Source of the DNA: Alphaproteobacteria bacterium
GTDB lineage: Bacteria; Pseudomonadota; Alphaproteobacteria; GCA-2746255
Assembly: GCA_965249135.1 (NCBI GenBank)
Contig: OZ252220.1
Location: forward strand, 1,888,001 to 1,952,000
Length of the DNA: 64,000 bases
Direction: 5' to 3'
In this document: positions 1 through 9,890 of the stretch, in pieces
Layout of the letters: every line of letters starts with the position of its first letter
Numbering within the stretch: position 1 is the first letter of the stretch
The notes under the pieces: generated by a model
The model's database searches: none
Told to the model about the DNA's origin: nothing
Seen by the model: the letters and a program-made list of their open reading frames with translations, nothing else
Program-made: the position numbers and the translations under genes

Positions 1-251
1 CGACCAAGCCAAATCATGAGGACGAAGGCCACGCTGAAGGCAAGGAGGACGAGCAATAACGGGGAAAGGGCTTCTTCGCCGCCTAAGATTCCGAAACTGA
101 TCCCCCGGTTCCAGACGCGGACGAGGTTAAGGAAAGGGGTGGGAGAAAGCATCGCGTCCGACCCCGTGAGCACGTAATTCAACACCCACCACTTGGTCGC
201 CTGATCGAAGACCAGAAGGGTGGTGGCGATCCAAAGCCCAAGACGTATCAT
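1..251 (-). CDS. lspA: Signal peptidase II (lipoprotein signal peptidase), 5' part; runs off the window edge
   Basis: Not in the ORF track. Manual translation from ATG at 251 (ATGA overlap with ileS stop) gives MIRLGLWIATTLLVFDQATKWWV...VWNRGISFGIL, with the LspA DQxTK and NxGxSFG motifs. ileS-lspA order is typical. Confidence 0.9.
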   Translation of the reverse strand, partial: MIRLGLWIATTLLVFDQATKWWVLNYVLTGSDAMLSPTPFLNLVRVWNRGISFGILGGEEALSPLLLVLLAFSVAFVLMIWLG

Positions 252-3079
252 GCCGACCTCGCACTCCCTTCTTGCGCAATTTTCGTGACGACTTCGGCGC
301 AGCGGCGGCACAGATCGTCATATTCCTTCACGGTGCCGATCTCTTCGAGGACCCTCCAGCAGCGCTCGCATTTTTTTCCCTCGGCAACATCTGGGAGGAC
401 GGTGATCTTGGGGTGCTCCGGAAGCCGGAAGCCATCTTCTGGAGACAGACCTTCTTCGAGTTCGGCGCTGGAGGTGATGAAAAGCTCTGCCGGGTCCACG
501 TCTTTCATCGCCGTAATGTATTCGGCTTCTACAAAGACGCGGGGTGCTGCCTCAAGCGATGAGCCGATCCGTTTTTCGGCACGCTCGATCTCAAGTGCAC
601 CCGTCACGACTCGTCGAAGGGTGCGAACTTTCTCCCACTTCGCGGCCAGCGCGTCGTCCCGCCAGCTTTCCGGCACGTCCGGGAAAAGACGCAGGTGAAT
701 GCTTTCCCCTGCTTCCGGGAAGCGGGCAAGCCACGCTTCCTCTGCCGTGAAACACAAGACCGGGGCCAGCCAGGCGGTCAGGCAGCGGAAGAGATCGTCC
801 ATCGCCGTTCGCGCGGAACGACGGCGCGGACTTTCGGCAGCGTCGCAGTAGATCGAATCCTTTCGAATGTCGAAATAGAAAGCAGAAAGTTCAACCGCAC
901 AAAAATTATGAAGGGCGATCGTGATGCCGGTGTAGTCGTAATCGGCGGCGTGTTTTCGGATTTCCTGGTCAAGCTCCCAAAGCCGGTGGTGAACCCAGCG
1001 TTCGAGTTCGGGCATGGCGGCGGCTTCGATCCGTTCGGCCTCGTCGAAATCCTTCAGGCTGCCGAGGAGGTAGCGCAACGTGTTTCGGAAACGCCGGTAT
1101 ATATCGATCTGGTGTTTCAGGATTTCCGGGCCGATCCGCAAGTCCTCGGTGTAGTCGGACGTGCCGACCCATAGCCTCAGGATATCGGCGCCATATTTCT
1201 CGACGACGTCCTGGGGCGAGACGGCGTTGCCCAAGGATTTCGACATCTTGTGGCCGTCCTCGCCAAGGACGAAGCCATGGGTCAGCACGGCCTCGAAGGG
1301 GGCCCGCCCGCGCGCGCCGCAGGACTCCAACAGCGAAGATTGAAACCAGCCGCGGTGTTGGTCGGACCCTTCGAGATAAAGGGACGCCGGCGAGGAAAGG
1401 TCCTCCCGTGTCTCCAGGACGAACGCATGGGTTGCCCCGCTTTCGAACCACACATCGAGGATTTCGTGCACGGCCTCGAAGTCATCGGAAGGGTGATCGT
1501 TTCCCAAGAAACGTTCCAGCGGACTCGTAAACCACGTGTCCGATCCTTCCTCGGCGATCGCCTGGACGATCCGCTCCATGACCTTCGGATCGCGCAACGG
1601 TTCACCGGTTTTCTTGTTGACGAAAACGGCGATCGGGATTCCCCAGGCACGCTGGCGGGAGACGCACCAGTCGGGGCGCTCGGAGACCATCGCAAACATC
1701 CGATTGCGCGCTTGTTTCGGGATCCAACGAGTCGTCTCGATGGCATCGAGCGCCTTCTTACGAAGGTCGTTCGTTTCCATGCTGATGAACCATTGCGGCG
1801 TCGTCCGGAAGATAAGCGGTGCCTTCGAACGCCACGAATGAGGGTAGGCGTGGGTCGTCTTTCCGGCCCAGAGAAGGTTTTCCGCCATCTCAAGTGCCTC
1901 GACGACCTTTGGGTCGACCTTGAAGACGTGCTGGCCGGCAAACAGTGGGACGTGATCGTAGAAGCGGCCGTCGTCCGCCACCGTGTCTGGCACCTCGAGG
2001 CCATGGCGTTGGCCGAGCGTAAAGTCCTCGTCGCCATGACCGGGCGCGGTGTGAACGAAGCCACTTCCCCGTTCCACCGTCACGTGTTCCCCAGGCAGCA
2101 GCGGCACCTCGAAATCGTAGCCTTGACCGAAGAGAGGATGCCGGAGGGAAGACCCGGCAAGGGCCTTTCCCTTGAGACGGCTTAGGACCTTATGGCCGGT
2201 GACGGCGGCGTCGTTCAGGCTTGTCTCGAGCAGCGCCTCCGCGATGAGGAGCTTTTCGCCAATCCTTGCCAAGCTTTTCTCGGCGGTGCCCGTGACTTCG
2301 ATCAATGCGTAATCGATGGCCTCGCCATAGGCCACGGCACGGTTTCCGGGAATCGTCCATGGCGTCGTCGTCCAGATGACGACACTAGCCCCCTCAAGAG
2401 CGGGGTCGGAGGCTTGCGTGATGGGAAAGCGCACATAGATTTGCGTGGATGTGTGATCGTGGTATTCGACTTCCGCTTCCGCCAGCGCCGTCTTTTCGAC
2501 GACGGACCAGAGGACCGGCTTCTTTCCCTTGTACAGCCCGCCGTTCATCAGGAACTTGCCGAGCTCCTCGACGATCTTTGCTTCCGCATCGAAGGCGATC
2601 GTTGCGTAAGGGTTCGCCCAATCGCCCAGCACACCGAGGCGCTGGAATTCGCCGCGCTGGACGTCGATCCAGTGACGGGCAAATTCGCGGCACTCTTCGC
2701 GGAAGTCGATGAGCGGGACCGCGTCCTTGTCCTTGCCGTCCGATCGATACTTTTCCTCGATCTTCCATTCGATCGGAAGCCCGTGACAATCCCAGCCGGG
2801 AACGTAGCGGGCGTCCTTGCCCTGCATTTGGGCGAAGCGGTTGACGATGTCCTTCAGGATCTTGTTCAGCGCATGGCCGATATGCAGGTGGCCGTTCGCG
2901 TAAGGGGGGCCGTCGTGAAGCAGGAAGACCTCGCGGCCTTTTGCCTGCTCGCGAAGCCGATGGTAAAGGCCCATCGCCTCCCAATGCTTCAGCAATTCAG
3001 GCTCGTGTTCGGGCAGGCCCGCCTTCATTGGAAAGGCGGTCTTGGGAAGAAAAACGGTTTCCTTGTAGCGACTGACCAT
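248..3079 (-). CDS. ileS: Isoleucine--tRNA ligase
   Basis: 943 aa; HDGPPYANGHLHIGH (HIGH), KMSKS, C-terminal CERCW...CRRC zinc motif. Confidence 0.98.
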   Translation of the reverse strand: MVSRYKETVFLPKTAFPMKAGLPEHEPELLKHWEAMGLYHRLREQAKGREVFLLHDGPPYANGHLHIGHALNKILKDIVNRFAQMQGKDARYVPGWDCHGLPIEWKIEEKYRSDGKDKDAVPLIDFREECREFARHWIDVQRGEFQRLGVLGDWANPYATIAFDAEAKIVEELGKFLMNGGLYKGKKPVLWSVVEKTALAEAEVEYHDHTSTQIYVRFPITQASDPALEGASVVIWTTTPWTIPGNRAVAYGEAIDYALIEVTGTAEKSLARIGEKLLIAEALLETSLNDAAVTGHKVLSRLKGKALAGSSLRHPLFGQGYDFEVPLLPGEHVTVERGSGFVHTAPGHGDEDFTLGQRHGLEVPDTVADDGRFYDHVPLFAGQHVFKVDPKVVEALEMAENLLWAGKTTHAYPHSWRSKAPLIFRTTPQWFISMETNDLRKKALDAIETTRWIPKQARNRMFAMVSERPDWCVSRQRAWGIPIAVFVNKKTGEPLRDPKVMERIVQAIAEEGSDTWFTSPLERFLGNDHPSDDFEAVHEILDVWFESGATHAFVLETREDLSSPASLYLEGSDQHRGWFQSSLLESCGARGRAPFEAVLTHGFVLGEDGHKMSKSLGNAVSPQDVVEKYGADILRLWVGTSDYTEDLRIGPEILKHQIDIYRRFRNTLRYLLGSLKDFDEAERIEAAAMPELERWVHHRLWELDQEIRKHAADYDYTGITIALHNFCAVELSAFYFDIRKDSIYCDAAESPRRRSARTAMDDLFRCLTAWLAPVLCFTAEEAWLARFPEAGESIHLRLFPDVPESWRDDALAAKWEKVRTLRRVVTGALEIERAEKRIGSSLEAAPRVFVEAEYITAMKDVDPAELFITSSAELEEGLSPEDGFRLPEHPKITVLPDVAEGKKCERCWRVLEEIGTVKEYDDLCRRCAEVVTKIAQEGSARSA

Positions 3080-3090
3080 GGTTAGGGTTC

Positions 3091-4041
3091 CTACGCGGGA
3101 TCGCCTGCCTTCGCAAGGATCGCGCGCGCCCGGGCCGCGTCCTCCTTCATCTGGTGTTTCAAGGCTTCCGCGTCTTCGAAGGTCGCATCCTCTCTCAGGT
3201 AGTCGATCAACTGCACCCGCAGGTGCTTCCCATAGAGGTCGAGGGTTTCATCGAAGAAGTAGACTTCGAAAAGCAGGGTCGTGCCCGCGAAGGTGGGCCG
3301 TGTCCCCAGATAGGCGACGCCTTCCTGCCAGGCCGTGTCCTTTCCTTCGTCGATGCCGGCACGAACGGCGTAGATGCCCGGTTTCGGCTGCAAATGGTCG
3401 CCAAGGGCGATGTTCGCGGTCGGAAAGCCGAGTTCGCGCCCAAGGCCACTGCCGGCCTCGACGCGGCCCTCGATTTCCCAATAGCGACCGAGCAGCGAGG
3501 CGGCCTCTGCCGGTGCGCCGTTCTGAAGAAGGGTACGGATCTTCGTGGACGAATAGGCCTCTCCCCCCTCCGTCACCGGGCCTACCGCCGTGTAAGCAAA
3601 GCCGAAGCGCTTGGCCAGCGTTTCGAGCATCGCTGAATCGCCTTTCCGTCCCTCGCCAAACCGGAAATCGTAACCGGTCACGACATGGGCGACCTTCAGG
3701 TCCTCGGCAAGGATTCGGCGAACGAAGGTTTCTGCCGACCAGGCAGCGAAGGTGGCTTCGAAATGCTGGACGATCAGGAAATCGATACCCAGCGACTCAA
3801 TGGCGCGTGCCTTGTCACGAAGGGACGTGAGTCGGAAAGAGGGTGCATCGGGGGCAAAGAAGCTTCGCGGGTGCGGCTCGAAGGTTAGAACGCCGGAAGC
3901 GGTGGAAAGCGATTGTGCCTGCCGTATCGTCTCTTCGAGGACGGCCCGATGGCCAGGATGCACGCCATCGAAATTGCCGAGCGCAATCGTGGACCCCAGA
4001 ACTTCGGATGGAACACCGGACGTGTGGCGTAGGATTCGCAT
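3091..4041 (-). CDS. ribF: Bifunctional riboflavin kinase/FAD synthetase
   Basis: GNFDGVHPGH, TFEPHP, SSTKIR, GFPTAN motifs. Start moved to ATG 4041 (MRILRH). Confidence 0.95.
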   Translation of the reverse strand: MRILRHTSGVPSEVLGSTIALGNFDGVHPGHRAVLEETIRQAQSLSTASGVLTFEPHPRSFFAPDAPSFRLTSLRDKARAIESLGIDFLIVQHFEATFAAWSAETFVRRILAEDLKVAHVVTGYDFRFGEGRKGDSAMLETLAKRFGFAYTAVGPVTEGGEAYSSTKIRTLLQNGAPAEAASLLGRYWEIEGRVEAGSGLGRELGFPTANIALGDHLQPKPGIYAVRAGIDEGKDTAWQEGVAYLGTRPTFAGTTLLFEVYFFDETLDLYGKHLRVQLIDYLREDATFEDAEALKHQMKEDAARARAILAKAGDPA

Positions 4042-4055
4042 CGACGGCCACTCCT

Positions 4056-4496
4056 CTAGGAGGCGCCAGACGCTTTCGCGTTTACCATGACGACGGCTTC
4101 GCCGTCGATGACAAGCGTTTCTCCGACCAGGCACTCCGTCTTCAGGTGAACACGTTTCTTTTCCGGCAGGATCTCCGTGATCGTGGCCTTTGCCAGAACG
4201 GTATCCCCGACCTTCACCGGTGCCTTGAATTTCATATTCTGGCTTAGATAGATACAGCCGGGACCGGGGAGCTTGGTGCCGATCACCGTCGAAATGAAGC
4301 TTGCCGAAAGCATGCCATGGGCGATGCGTTCTTTGAACATCGTCTGGCTGGCAAATTCCTGGTTGAGGTGGATCGGGTTCGTGTCACCGGAGATGCCGGC
4401 GAACAGGATGATGTCCGCATCGGTGATCGTCTTCGCGTAAGAAGCGGACATGCCGACGGAAAGGTCCTCGAGATAGTAGCCGTGAAATTCATCCAT
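4056..4496 (-). CDS. MaoC family (R)-specific enoyl-CoA hydratase, PhaJ-like
   Basis: FAGISGDTNPIH and IAHGML hydratase motifs. Confidence 0.9.
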   Translation of the reverse strand: MDEFHGYYLEDLSVGMSASYAKTITDADIILFAGISGDTNPIHLNQEFASQTMFKERIAHGMLSASFISTVIGTKLPGPGCIYLSQNMKFKAPVKVGDTVLAKATITEILPEKKRVHLKTECLVGETLVIDGEAVVMVNAKASGAS

Positions 4497-4617
4497 ATAC
4501 CGGGTTCCTAGCGGGGGCCCTGGGCGTACCAGGACAGTTTATGACGCGGTGCAATATATCGAAGGCCCTTGGCTCCGGCAAGGCGAGCACCAGATCCGCG
4601 CCTGGCTGGCAAGCGCG

Positions 4618-4633
4618 GTTAACCCGAGGTTAA
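4618..4633. promoter_or_regulatory. CtrA binding site
   Basis: Minus strand reads TTAA-cctcggg-TTAAC, an exact TTAA-N7-TTAAC consensus, in the divergent intergenic region. Confidence 0.65.
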
Positions 4634-4677
4634 GCGAGTGGGGCGTAAGCTTCTTGGCTTCAGGCAAGAGGCGTCGC

Positions 4678-4923
4678 ATGAACGAGATCAGCAAACATCA
4701 CGTGCCGAGGATCCCTCCGAGGATTCCGAAAGTTCGGGAATATGTCGAGATTACGATGCAGGATGGAACGGTCCTTAAAGGGCACGTCTTCATCGAGGCG
4801 ACGATGCGAATCCAGGATTTGCTGAACGACATCCATCACTTCTTTCCCTTCATGGACGATGGCGAAAAGGTTCATCTCATCAGTAAGGCTGCCGTCGCCC
4901 GTGTGCGTCCCTACGACGATTGA
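4678..4923 (+). CDS. Small hypothetical protein (DUF6812-like)
   Basis: 81 aa, VEITMQDGTVLKGHVF...RIQDLLND..FFPF...LISK pattern; ATG preceded by AAGAGG. Confidence 0.6.
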   Translation: MNEISKHHVPRIPPRIPKVREYVEITMQDGTVLKGHVFIEATMRIQDLLNDIHHFFPFMDDGEKVHLISKAAVARVRPYDD

Positions 4924-5771
4924 GATTCATCCCTTCGCCAGCTTCCCAGGCGGTTTTCCGCCACCTGTCTACGAAAAGGGATGGCAAGCAAGTTGCCAAG
5001 GTCGAGCTTCCGCGCCTCCCGATAGGGCGTAAGCCCGATCTCCATCGCGAGATGACCTTTCGCAGGGGACTGCCGGTAGGTGCCGCAGAGTCGATCCCAA
5101 ACGGAAAGCGAAAAACCGAAATTCGTGTTCGTTTCCGAAGCGTTCGTCGAGTGGTGCACACGATGCATCTCAGGCGTCACGATGAAGAAGCGCAAGACGC
5201 GTTCCAGTTTTGGAAAGATGCGCACGTTCCCATGATTGAAAAGGGATGTGCCGTTCAGAATCACCTCAAAGATAATAACGGCCCACGGGTCGGCACCAAT
5301 TGCCGCTACCAGCGCCACTTTATAGACAAGCGAGATAAGGATATCGATGGGGTGAAAGCGAATGCCAGTCGTCGTATCGAAATCCATGTCCGAGTGGTGG
5401 ACCTGATGCAACCGCCAGAAGATGGGAAGGGCGTGCGAGACGATGTGTTGAAGGTAAATCGCAAAGTCGAGGAAGACGACCGCCGCTGCGATCTCGATCC
5501 AACTGGGCCAGTTAAGAAGGTTCAGAAGACCCCAGCCCGCGCCTTGGGCATAGACGGCCATGGCGTAAGCCGCAGCCCCCAGAGTGAAGCGCACGACAAG
5601 GATGTCGATAAGTAAGATGCCCAGATTCGCCGTCCAACGTTTTCCCCTCGACTGGCTTAAGGGACGGCGCGGCGCGAGCACCTCCCACAACGCCATGACG
5701 GCGAAGATCGCAAAGAAGACACCGAGTCGGATCCAGCCTTCCATTGGTTTTAGCTCCAAGAACTCTTCCAA
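4911..5771 (-). CDS. Sterol desaturase / fatty acid hydroxylase family protein
   Basis: His boxes HIVSH, HQVHH, HRVHH plus FNHGN; several TM segments. Start uncertain (TTG 5771 or ATG 5744). Confidence 0.88.
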   Translation of the reverse strand: MEEFLELKPMEGWIRLGVFFAIFAVMALWEVLAPRRPLSQSRGKRWTANLGILLIDILVVRFTLGAAAYAMAVYAQGAGWGLLNLLNWPSWIEIAAAVVFLDFAIYLQHIVSHALPIFWRLHQVHHSDMDFDTTTGIRFHPIDILISLVYKVALVAAIGADPWAVIIFEVILNGTSLFNHGNVRIFPKLERVLRFFIVTPEMHRVHHSTNASETNTNFGFSLSVWDRLCGTYRQSPAKGHLAMEIGLTPYREARKLDLGNLLAIPFRRQVAENRLGSWRRDESQSS

Positions 5772-5816
5772 TGTGGGTTTATCCTAGGTTCTTGGCAAGG
5801 TTTCACCGAAGGAAGG

Positions 5817-6920
5817 ATGACGCCGAGAGGCAAAACAGGCAGACTGTCGTCCGGAACAGAGGGAAAAGAGCTTCCGCCTATGACGGATTTACTCCGCAAT
5901 CTCTGGTACTTGGCGTTGCCGGCAAGGAAGGTGCGCCGCGGGGGCACCTTTGCGAAGGTGGTGCTGGGCGAGCCGATCCTGTTCGGACGCGATCGCGAAG
6001 GGAGTGTCTTTGCGCTTCATGACATCTGTCCCCATCGGGGCATTCCCCTAAGCGACGGCAGTTTCGATGGCCGTGAAATCATGTGCTGCTATCACGGCTG
6101 ACGATTCGATACGGAAGGCCGCTGCACGGAAATTCCCTCCCTCGTCGAAGGACAAAAACTCAATCTCTCACGCATCAGGGTTCGTCGCTATCCGTGTCGG
6201 GAGGTGCAGGGCAATATCTGAGTTTACATGAGCGATGGGGAGAAACCGAAGGACGACCTTCCGGAGGTGCCACGGGTTCCGGTTGTCGGCGAGGTTTTAC
6301 AGAAGGTGCAAATCGCCATGGATTTTGCTTGCAGCATCGACCATGCCGTCGTCGGGCTCATGGATCCGAGCCACGCACCTTACATTCATACTTCCTGGTG
6401 GTGGAAGTCAAAGAAACAGCACCAGCTTCAGTTGAAGGAAAAACGCTTTGAGCCGGCACCGATGGGATTCCGCATGGCGCGCCATCCAAATCCCCGTGGT
6501 GGTCAGGTCTATCGACTGCTGGGAAAGAACGTGACGACGGAAATCACCTATGCGCTCCTAGGTGTGCGGATCGAGCATGTGGAAGGGGATCGCCATTCGG
6601 TTCTTAGCCTGACGGCGGTCACGCCGTTGATGGACTCCGAGACCGAGGTGCACCAGTGCCTTTACTGGACGATGCCGCGGCTAACTCCCTTCACGCCGAT
6701 CGTTCGGAAGCTGGCACGGACATTCTTAGGTCAGGACCATGACGTCGTCGTGCAACAGCAACGCGGATTGCAATTCAATTCCTCTCTCATGCTGATCGAC
6801 GACGCGGATACCCAGGCGAAGTGGTACTACAAACTTAAAGGGGAATACCTTGAGAGCGAAGCGGAAGGACGCGCCTTCGTCAACTCGGTTGAAGCGCGGA
6901 CACTTCGCTGGCGAAGCTAG
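5817..6920 (+). pseudogene. Rieske aromatic ring-hydroxylating oxygenase alpha subunit (VanA/CAO-like), interrupted by two in-frame TGA codons
   Basis: One continuous frame with CPHRG...CCYHG*RFD and QGNI*VYM (TGA at 6099-6101 and 6219-6221), then the DPSHAPYIH iron-binding motif. Confidence 0.85.
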
Positions 6921-6929
6921 TCTATCTAA

Positions 6930-7457
6930 TTACGCCTCACCGGACGTTGCCACTCGCCGGTACGCCTCAAACGTAGCTTGGTCGAAACAAACGAGGCATA
7001 CCCTTTCAATCGCGCCTGAGCGGCGGAGATACTCGCTTACTACGCGAAGCGCGATCTTCGTGGCACGCTCCAGAGGAAAGCCGAAAATACCGGTGCTGAT
7101 CGCCGGAAAGGCCAGGCTTGCGAGGCCGTGGGCCTCGGCAAGCTTGAGGCTGGCCCGATAGGCTTCCTCGAGCAGGCGATCCTCGTCCGCCTCGCCCCCC
7201 TGCCAGACGGGCCCCACCGCGTGGATGACGTGTTTGGCGGGCAGGCGATAGGCATGTGTGATCTTTGCATCCCCCGTTGCACAGCCGCCAAGGGCGCGAC
7301 ATTCCACTCCCAGTTCCGGACCGGCCGCCGCATGGATGGCACCGCATACCCCACCGCCGCGGTGCAACTGGTTGTTCGCCGCGTTCACGATTGCGTCCAC
7401 GTCGAGCTTCGTGATGTCGCCCTCGATGATTTCGATCCGGCCATCGAGCAACTGCAT
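6930..7457 (-). CDS. Macro domain O-acetyl-ADP-ribose deacetylase (YmdB-like)
   Basis: GDIT, VNAAN, GGGVCGAIH, HAVGP, AFPAISTGIFGFP. Confidence 0.93.
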   Translation of the reverse strand: MQLLDGRIEIIEGDITKLDVDAIVNAANNQLHRGGGVCGAIHAAAGPELGVECRALGGCATGDAKITHAYRLPAKHVIHAVGPVWQGGEADEDRLLEEAYRASLKLAEAHGLASLAFPAISTGIFGFPLERATKIALRVVSEYLRRSGAIERVCLVCFDQATFEAYRRVATSGEA

Positions 7458-7461
7458 GCGC

Positions 7462-9741
7462 TTAAGGAGAGAGCGTCGTTTTGTGAGGAAACGTGCGTTT
7501 CACCGTCTCGATGCGCAACGGCACGCGATGGGTGCGACCCGCCCGCCAAATCGGCACTTGGTCCTGGAAGGTCGAGCTCTGAAACCAGCCGTCCTGACCG
7601 CCAAGGAGAACAAAATCATTGTGATCGGGATCCGCAAGGTCCGAAACGTGCCGTGCGTTCGAGCCGTAACGCGCCTCATGGCGCTCGTTCGTGACGCCAT
7701 GGGCCGTCTTCATGATCGTTTGTGAACTCCCTGGTGCGGGCCAATCGGCAAAACGATACTTGCCGCCAAACAGCGGCAGGTAACGGAGCGGATGCGCAAG
7801 CCTGAGCCGATGCATCTCGCCCCACGTTTCGAATTGCTCGGCATCTTCGGTGGCACGGCGCAGGGCCTCACCAAGATCCGCTGCGAGTAGTTCGGGGTCT
7901 TCCTTATGGATGTCTTCTTCTAGCAAGGATTTCACGAGGACGAGGCGAGAGCAGTTTGCCTTTTCCTCATCCTTGAAACGGCGGCTATAGAAAAGATCCT
8001 GAAAATGATAAAGGAAGATTTCGAATGCGACCGCCCCTTTCGAATCCACATCGTAGTTTCCATCCCAGCCTCGGAGGCGTTCGATAAAGTTTTGCGCGTC
8101 CATTTTCAGTGATGCCGCGGCATTTAAGCGAGCAATCTTCTTAAGGAAGAGTTGGCGAAGGGCGATGGAAGATGTCATATGAACGTCGCGTTGAATGCGA
8201 TGAAGGTCTTCGGCGTCCAGTTTCTCGCTTGCGTTCAAGAGGCTGGTGATCCGGTCCACCCTGTCATCGGATGAAAAGAAATAGCCGACCGGTACGTTCG
8301 TTTTCGTCGGGCGGTTGTTCGCAGAAGCAAGGATTCCTGCGGGCGGGTCCAGGCTTGCCGGTAGATCCGACGCATCCCGAAAATCCTGCCAGGCCTTTAT
8401 CGCCGTACCCTTCGGATCGAGGAGAAGGTCCTTCGGCGCCTCCTTCGGCCGAACCGGCAGTTTCACCGCCATCACTTGACCGATATGGCCGTCGACGTCC
8501 GCATAGAGCATGTTCTGGCCCGAAACCGCGAGACCGGAAAGCGCGTCTCGGAACCCCTGAAAATTTTGAGCGCGATTTAGCTTGAGCATCGCAGTGACTT
8601 CGTCGCTCGGTGCATGTCCAACCCATTTCAGCGCAAAGGCGGGGCCATCGTCGTATTCGAGAATGGGGGCGTCTGAAAGTAAAGGTCCATAGGGCGTTTC
8701 TCGCAACACGACGTCGCGATCAAACCACCAACGCACGCGAATATGCTCGACGCGCTCCGTAATTTGCGATTCATCGAGAGCAGAAACGTCGAAAAGATCG
8801 CTGCTGGCGGCACGCATGTTCGTTCCGCCCCAAGCGATTCGCTCGTTTCGGCCGATGATCAGGAAAGGAAGTCCCGGCACCATCAAGCCGACGGCATGGT
8901 AGGAAGGGGACCGATAGCCGGCGATCAACCACAAATTCGGTAGCATAATGCCGAGATGTGGGTCGCTCGCAATCATCGCCGCACCCGTTTTGCTGCGCCT
9001 TGAAGAGACGGCGAAGCTGTTGCTGCCGGAACGGCTGACACTCTGTAATAGCTCGGAAAGCATATCAAAGGGGGCGGCCGTAAAGCTTGACCTTGAATCG
9101 CTGCCCTCCCCTAGCAGACGTGCCCATACCTGCGGCCAGTCTTCATGCGAACGAAGCTTTAAGAGTTGGAACCAGACGAACCAGTTCACATCACTGGCGG
9201 CAAGCCGTCCAATCGTCAGCACGTCACGGACCTTCCAGGGCTCGCGTGGTATCCCAAGGGCGGTGTATTCGTGCGGCAGTGTCTCAACGTTTACCTGGTA
9301 GTGATTGATGCCGTCGACGTAAGCCTCAAGCCAATGCTTCGTGGTCGCTGGCAGGCTCGCCTCGATCGTCGGGGCCGCCCGGCCGAAATTCAAGATGCGC
9401 AAGGAATGGTCGATGTCCGTCGCAATGGGGCCCACCATCTCGGCGATTCGTCCATGGGCGATCCGCCGCAAGACTTCCATCTGGCCCAGACGGAGATGGG
9501 CGTGCATCAAGCCAAGGGTGAAGGCAAGGTCCACGTCCGTCTTCGCCTCGATGAAGGGGATATGATGGTCGTTCCAATGGATGACGACCGTCTTCTCGAG
9601 AGGCAGGCCCTTCGTCGGGAAATGGGAGAGCCGTTCCTCAAGGGTGGATTCCGGCGGCAATGGCGCGAGCAGCGCACAACCGGCAAGAAGGCCGAAGGCC
9701 AAAATGAGACAGAAGAAACGAGAGAAGACCGTTTGCAGCAT
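7462..9741 (-). CDS. Penicillin acylase family (Ntn hydrolase), probable lipoprotein
   Basis: Lipobox LLAGC; HIPFIEA; GSNSFAV with the nucleophile Ser; ASDPHL; ASANN. Confidence 0.9.
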   Translation of the reverse strand: MLQTVFSRFFCLILAFGLLAGCALLAPLPPESTLEERLSHFPTKGLPLEKTVVIHWNDHHIPFIEAKTDVDLAFTLGLMHAHLRLGQMEVLRRIAHGRIAEMVGPIATDIDHSLRILNFGRAAPTIEASLPATTKHWLEAYVDGINHYQVNVETLPHEYTALGIPREPWKVRDVLTIGRLAASDVNWFVWFQLLKLRSHEDWPQVWARLLGEGSDSRSSFTAAPFDMLSELLQSVSRSGSNSFAVSSRRSKTGAAMIASDPHLGIMLPNLWLIAGYRSPSYHAVGLMVPGLPFLIIGRNERIAWGGTNMRAASSDLFDVSALDESQITERVEHIRVRWWFDRDVVLRETPYGPLLSDAPILEYDDGPAFALKWVGHAPSDEVTAMLKLNRAQNFQGFRDALSGLAVSGQNMLYADVDGHIGQVMAVKLPVRPKEAPKDLLLDPKGTAIKAWQDFRDASDLPASLDPPAGILASANNRPTKTNVPVGYFFSSDDRVDRITSLLNASEKLDAEDLHRIQRDVHMTSSIALRQLFLKKIARLNAAASLKMDAQNFIERLRGWDGNYDVDSKGAVAFEIFLYHFQDLFYSRRFKDEEKANCSRLVLVKSLLEEDIHKEDPELLAADLGEALRRATEDAEQFETWGEMHRLRLAHPLRYLPLFGGKYRFADWPAPGSSQTIMKTAHGVTNERHEARYGSNARHVSDLADPDHNDFVLLGGQDGWFQSSTFQDQVPIWRAGRTHRVPLRIETVKRTFPHKTTLSP

Positions 9742-9890
9742 CGTTGCTTGCCACCATCTCCCTTGGGCATGTCAGGCTTTTAAGGGTGTCATTATAGGAG
9801 GAAGCAGGTGGGGTGTTCGACCTTTCAACGGATTGTGAAAGCGGCCGTCCGCCATCTGGGAGTAGGCTTGAAGATGGAGAGAAAATAAAA

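Noticed and set aside
5817-6920. Genome-wide UGA=Trp genetic code
   Set aside because: TGA ends many genes at their expected C-termini (ileS, cysH, phaA), and Trp is TGG elsewhere.
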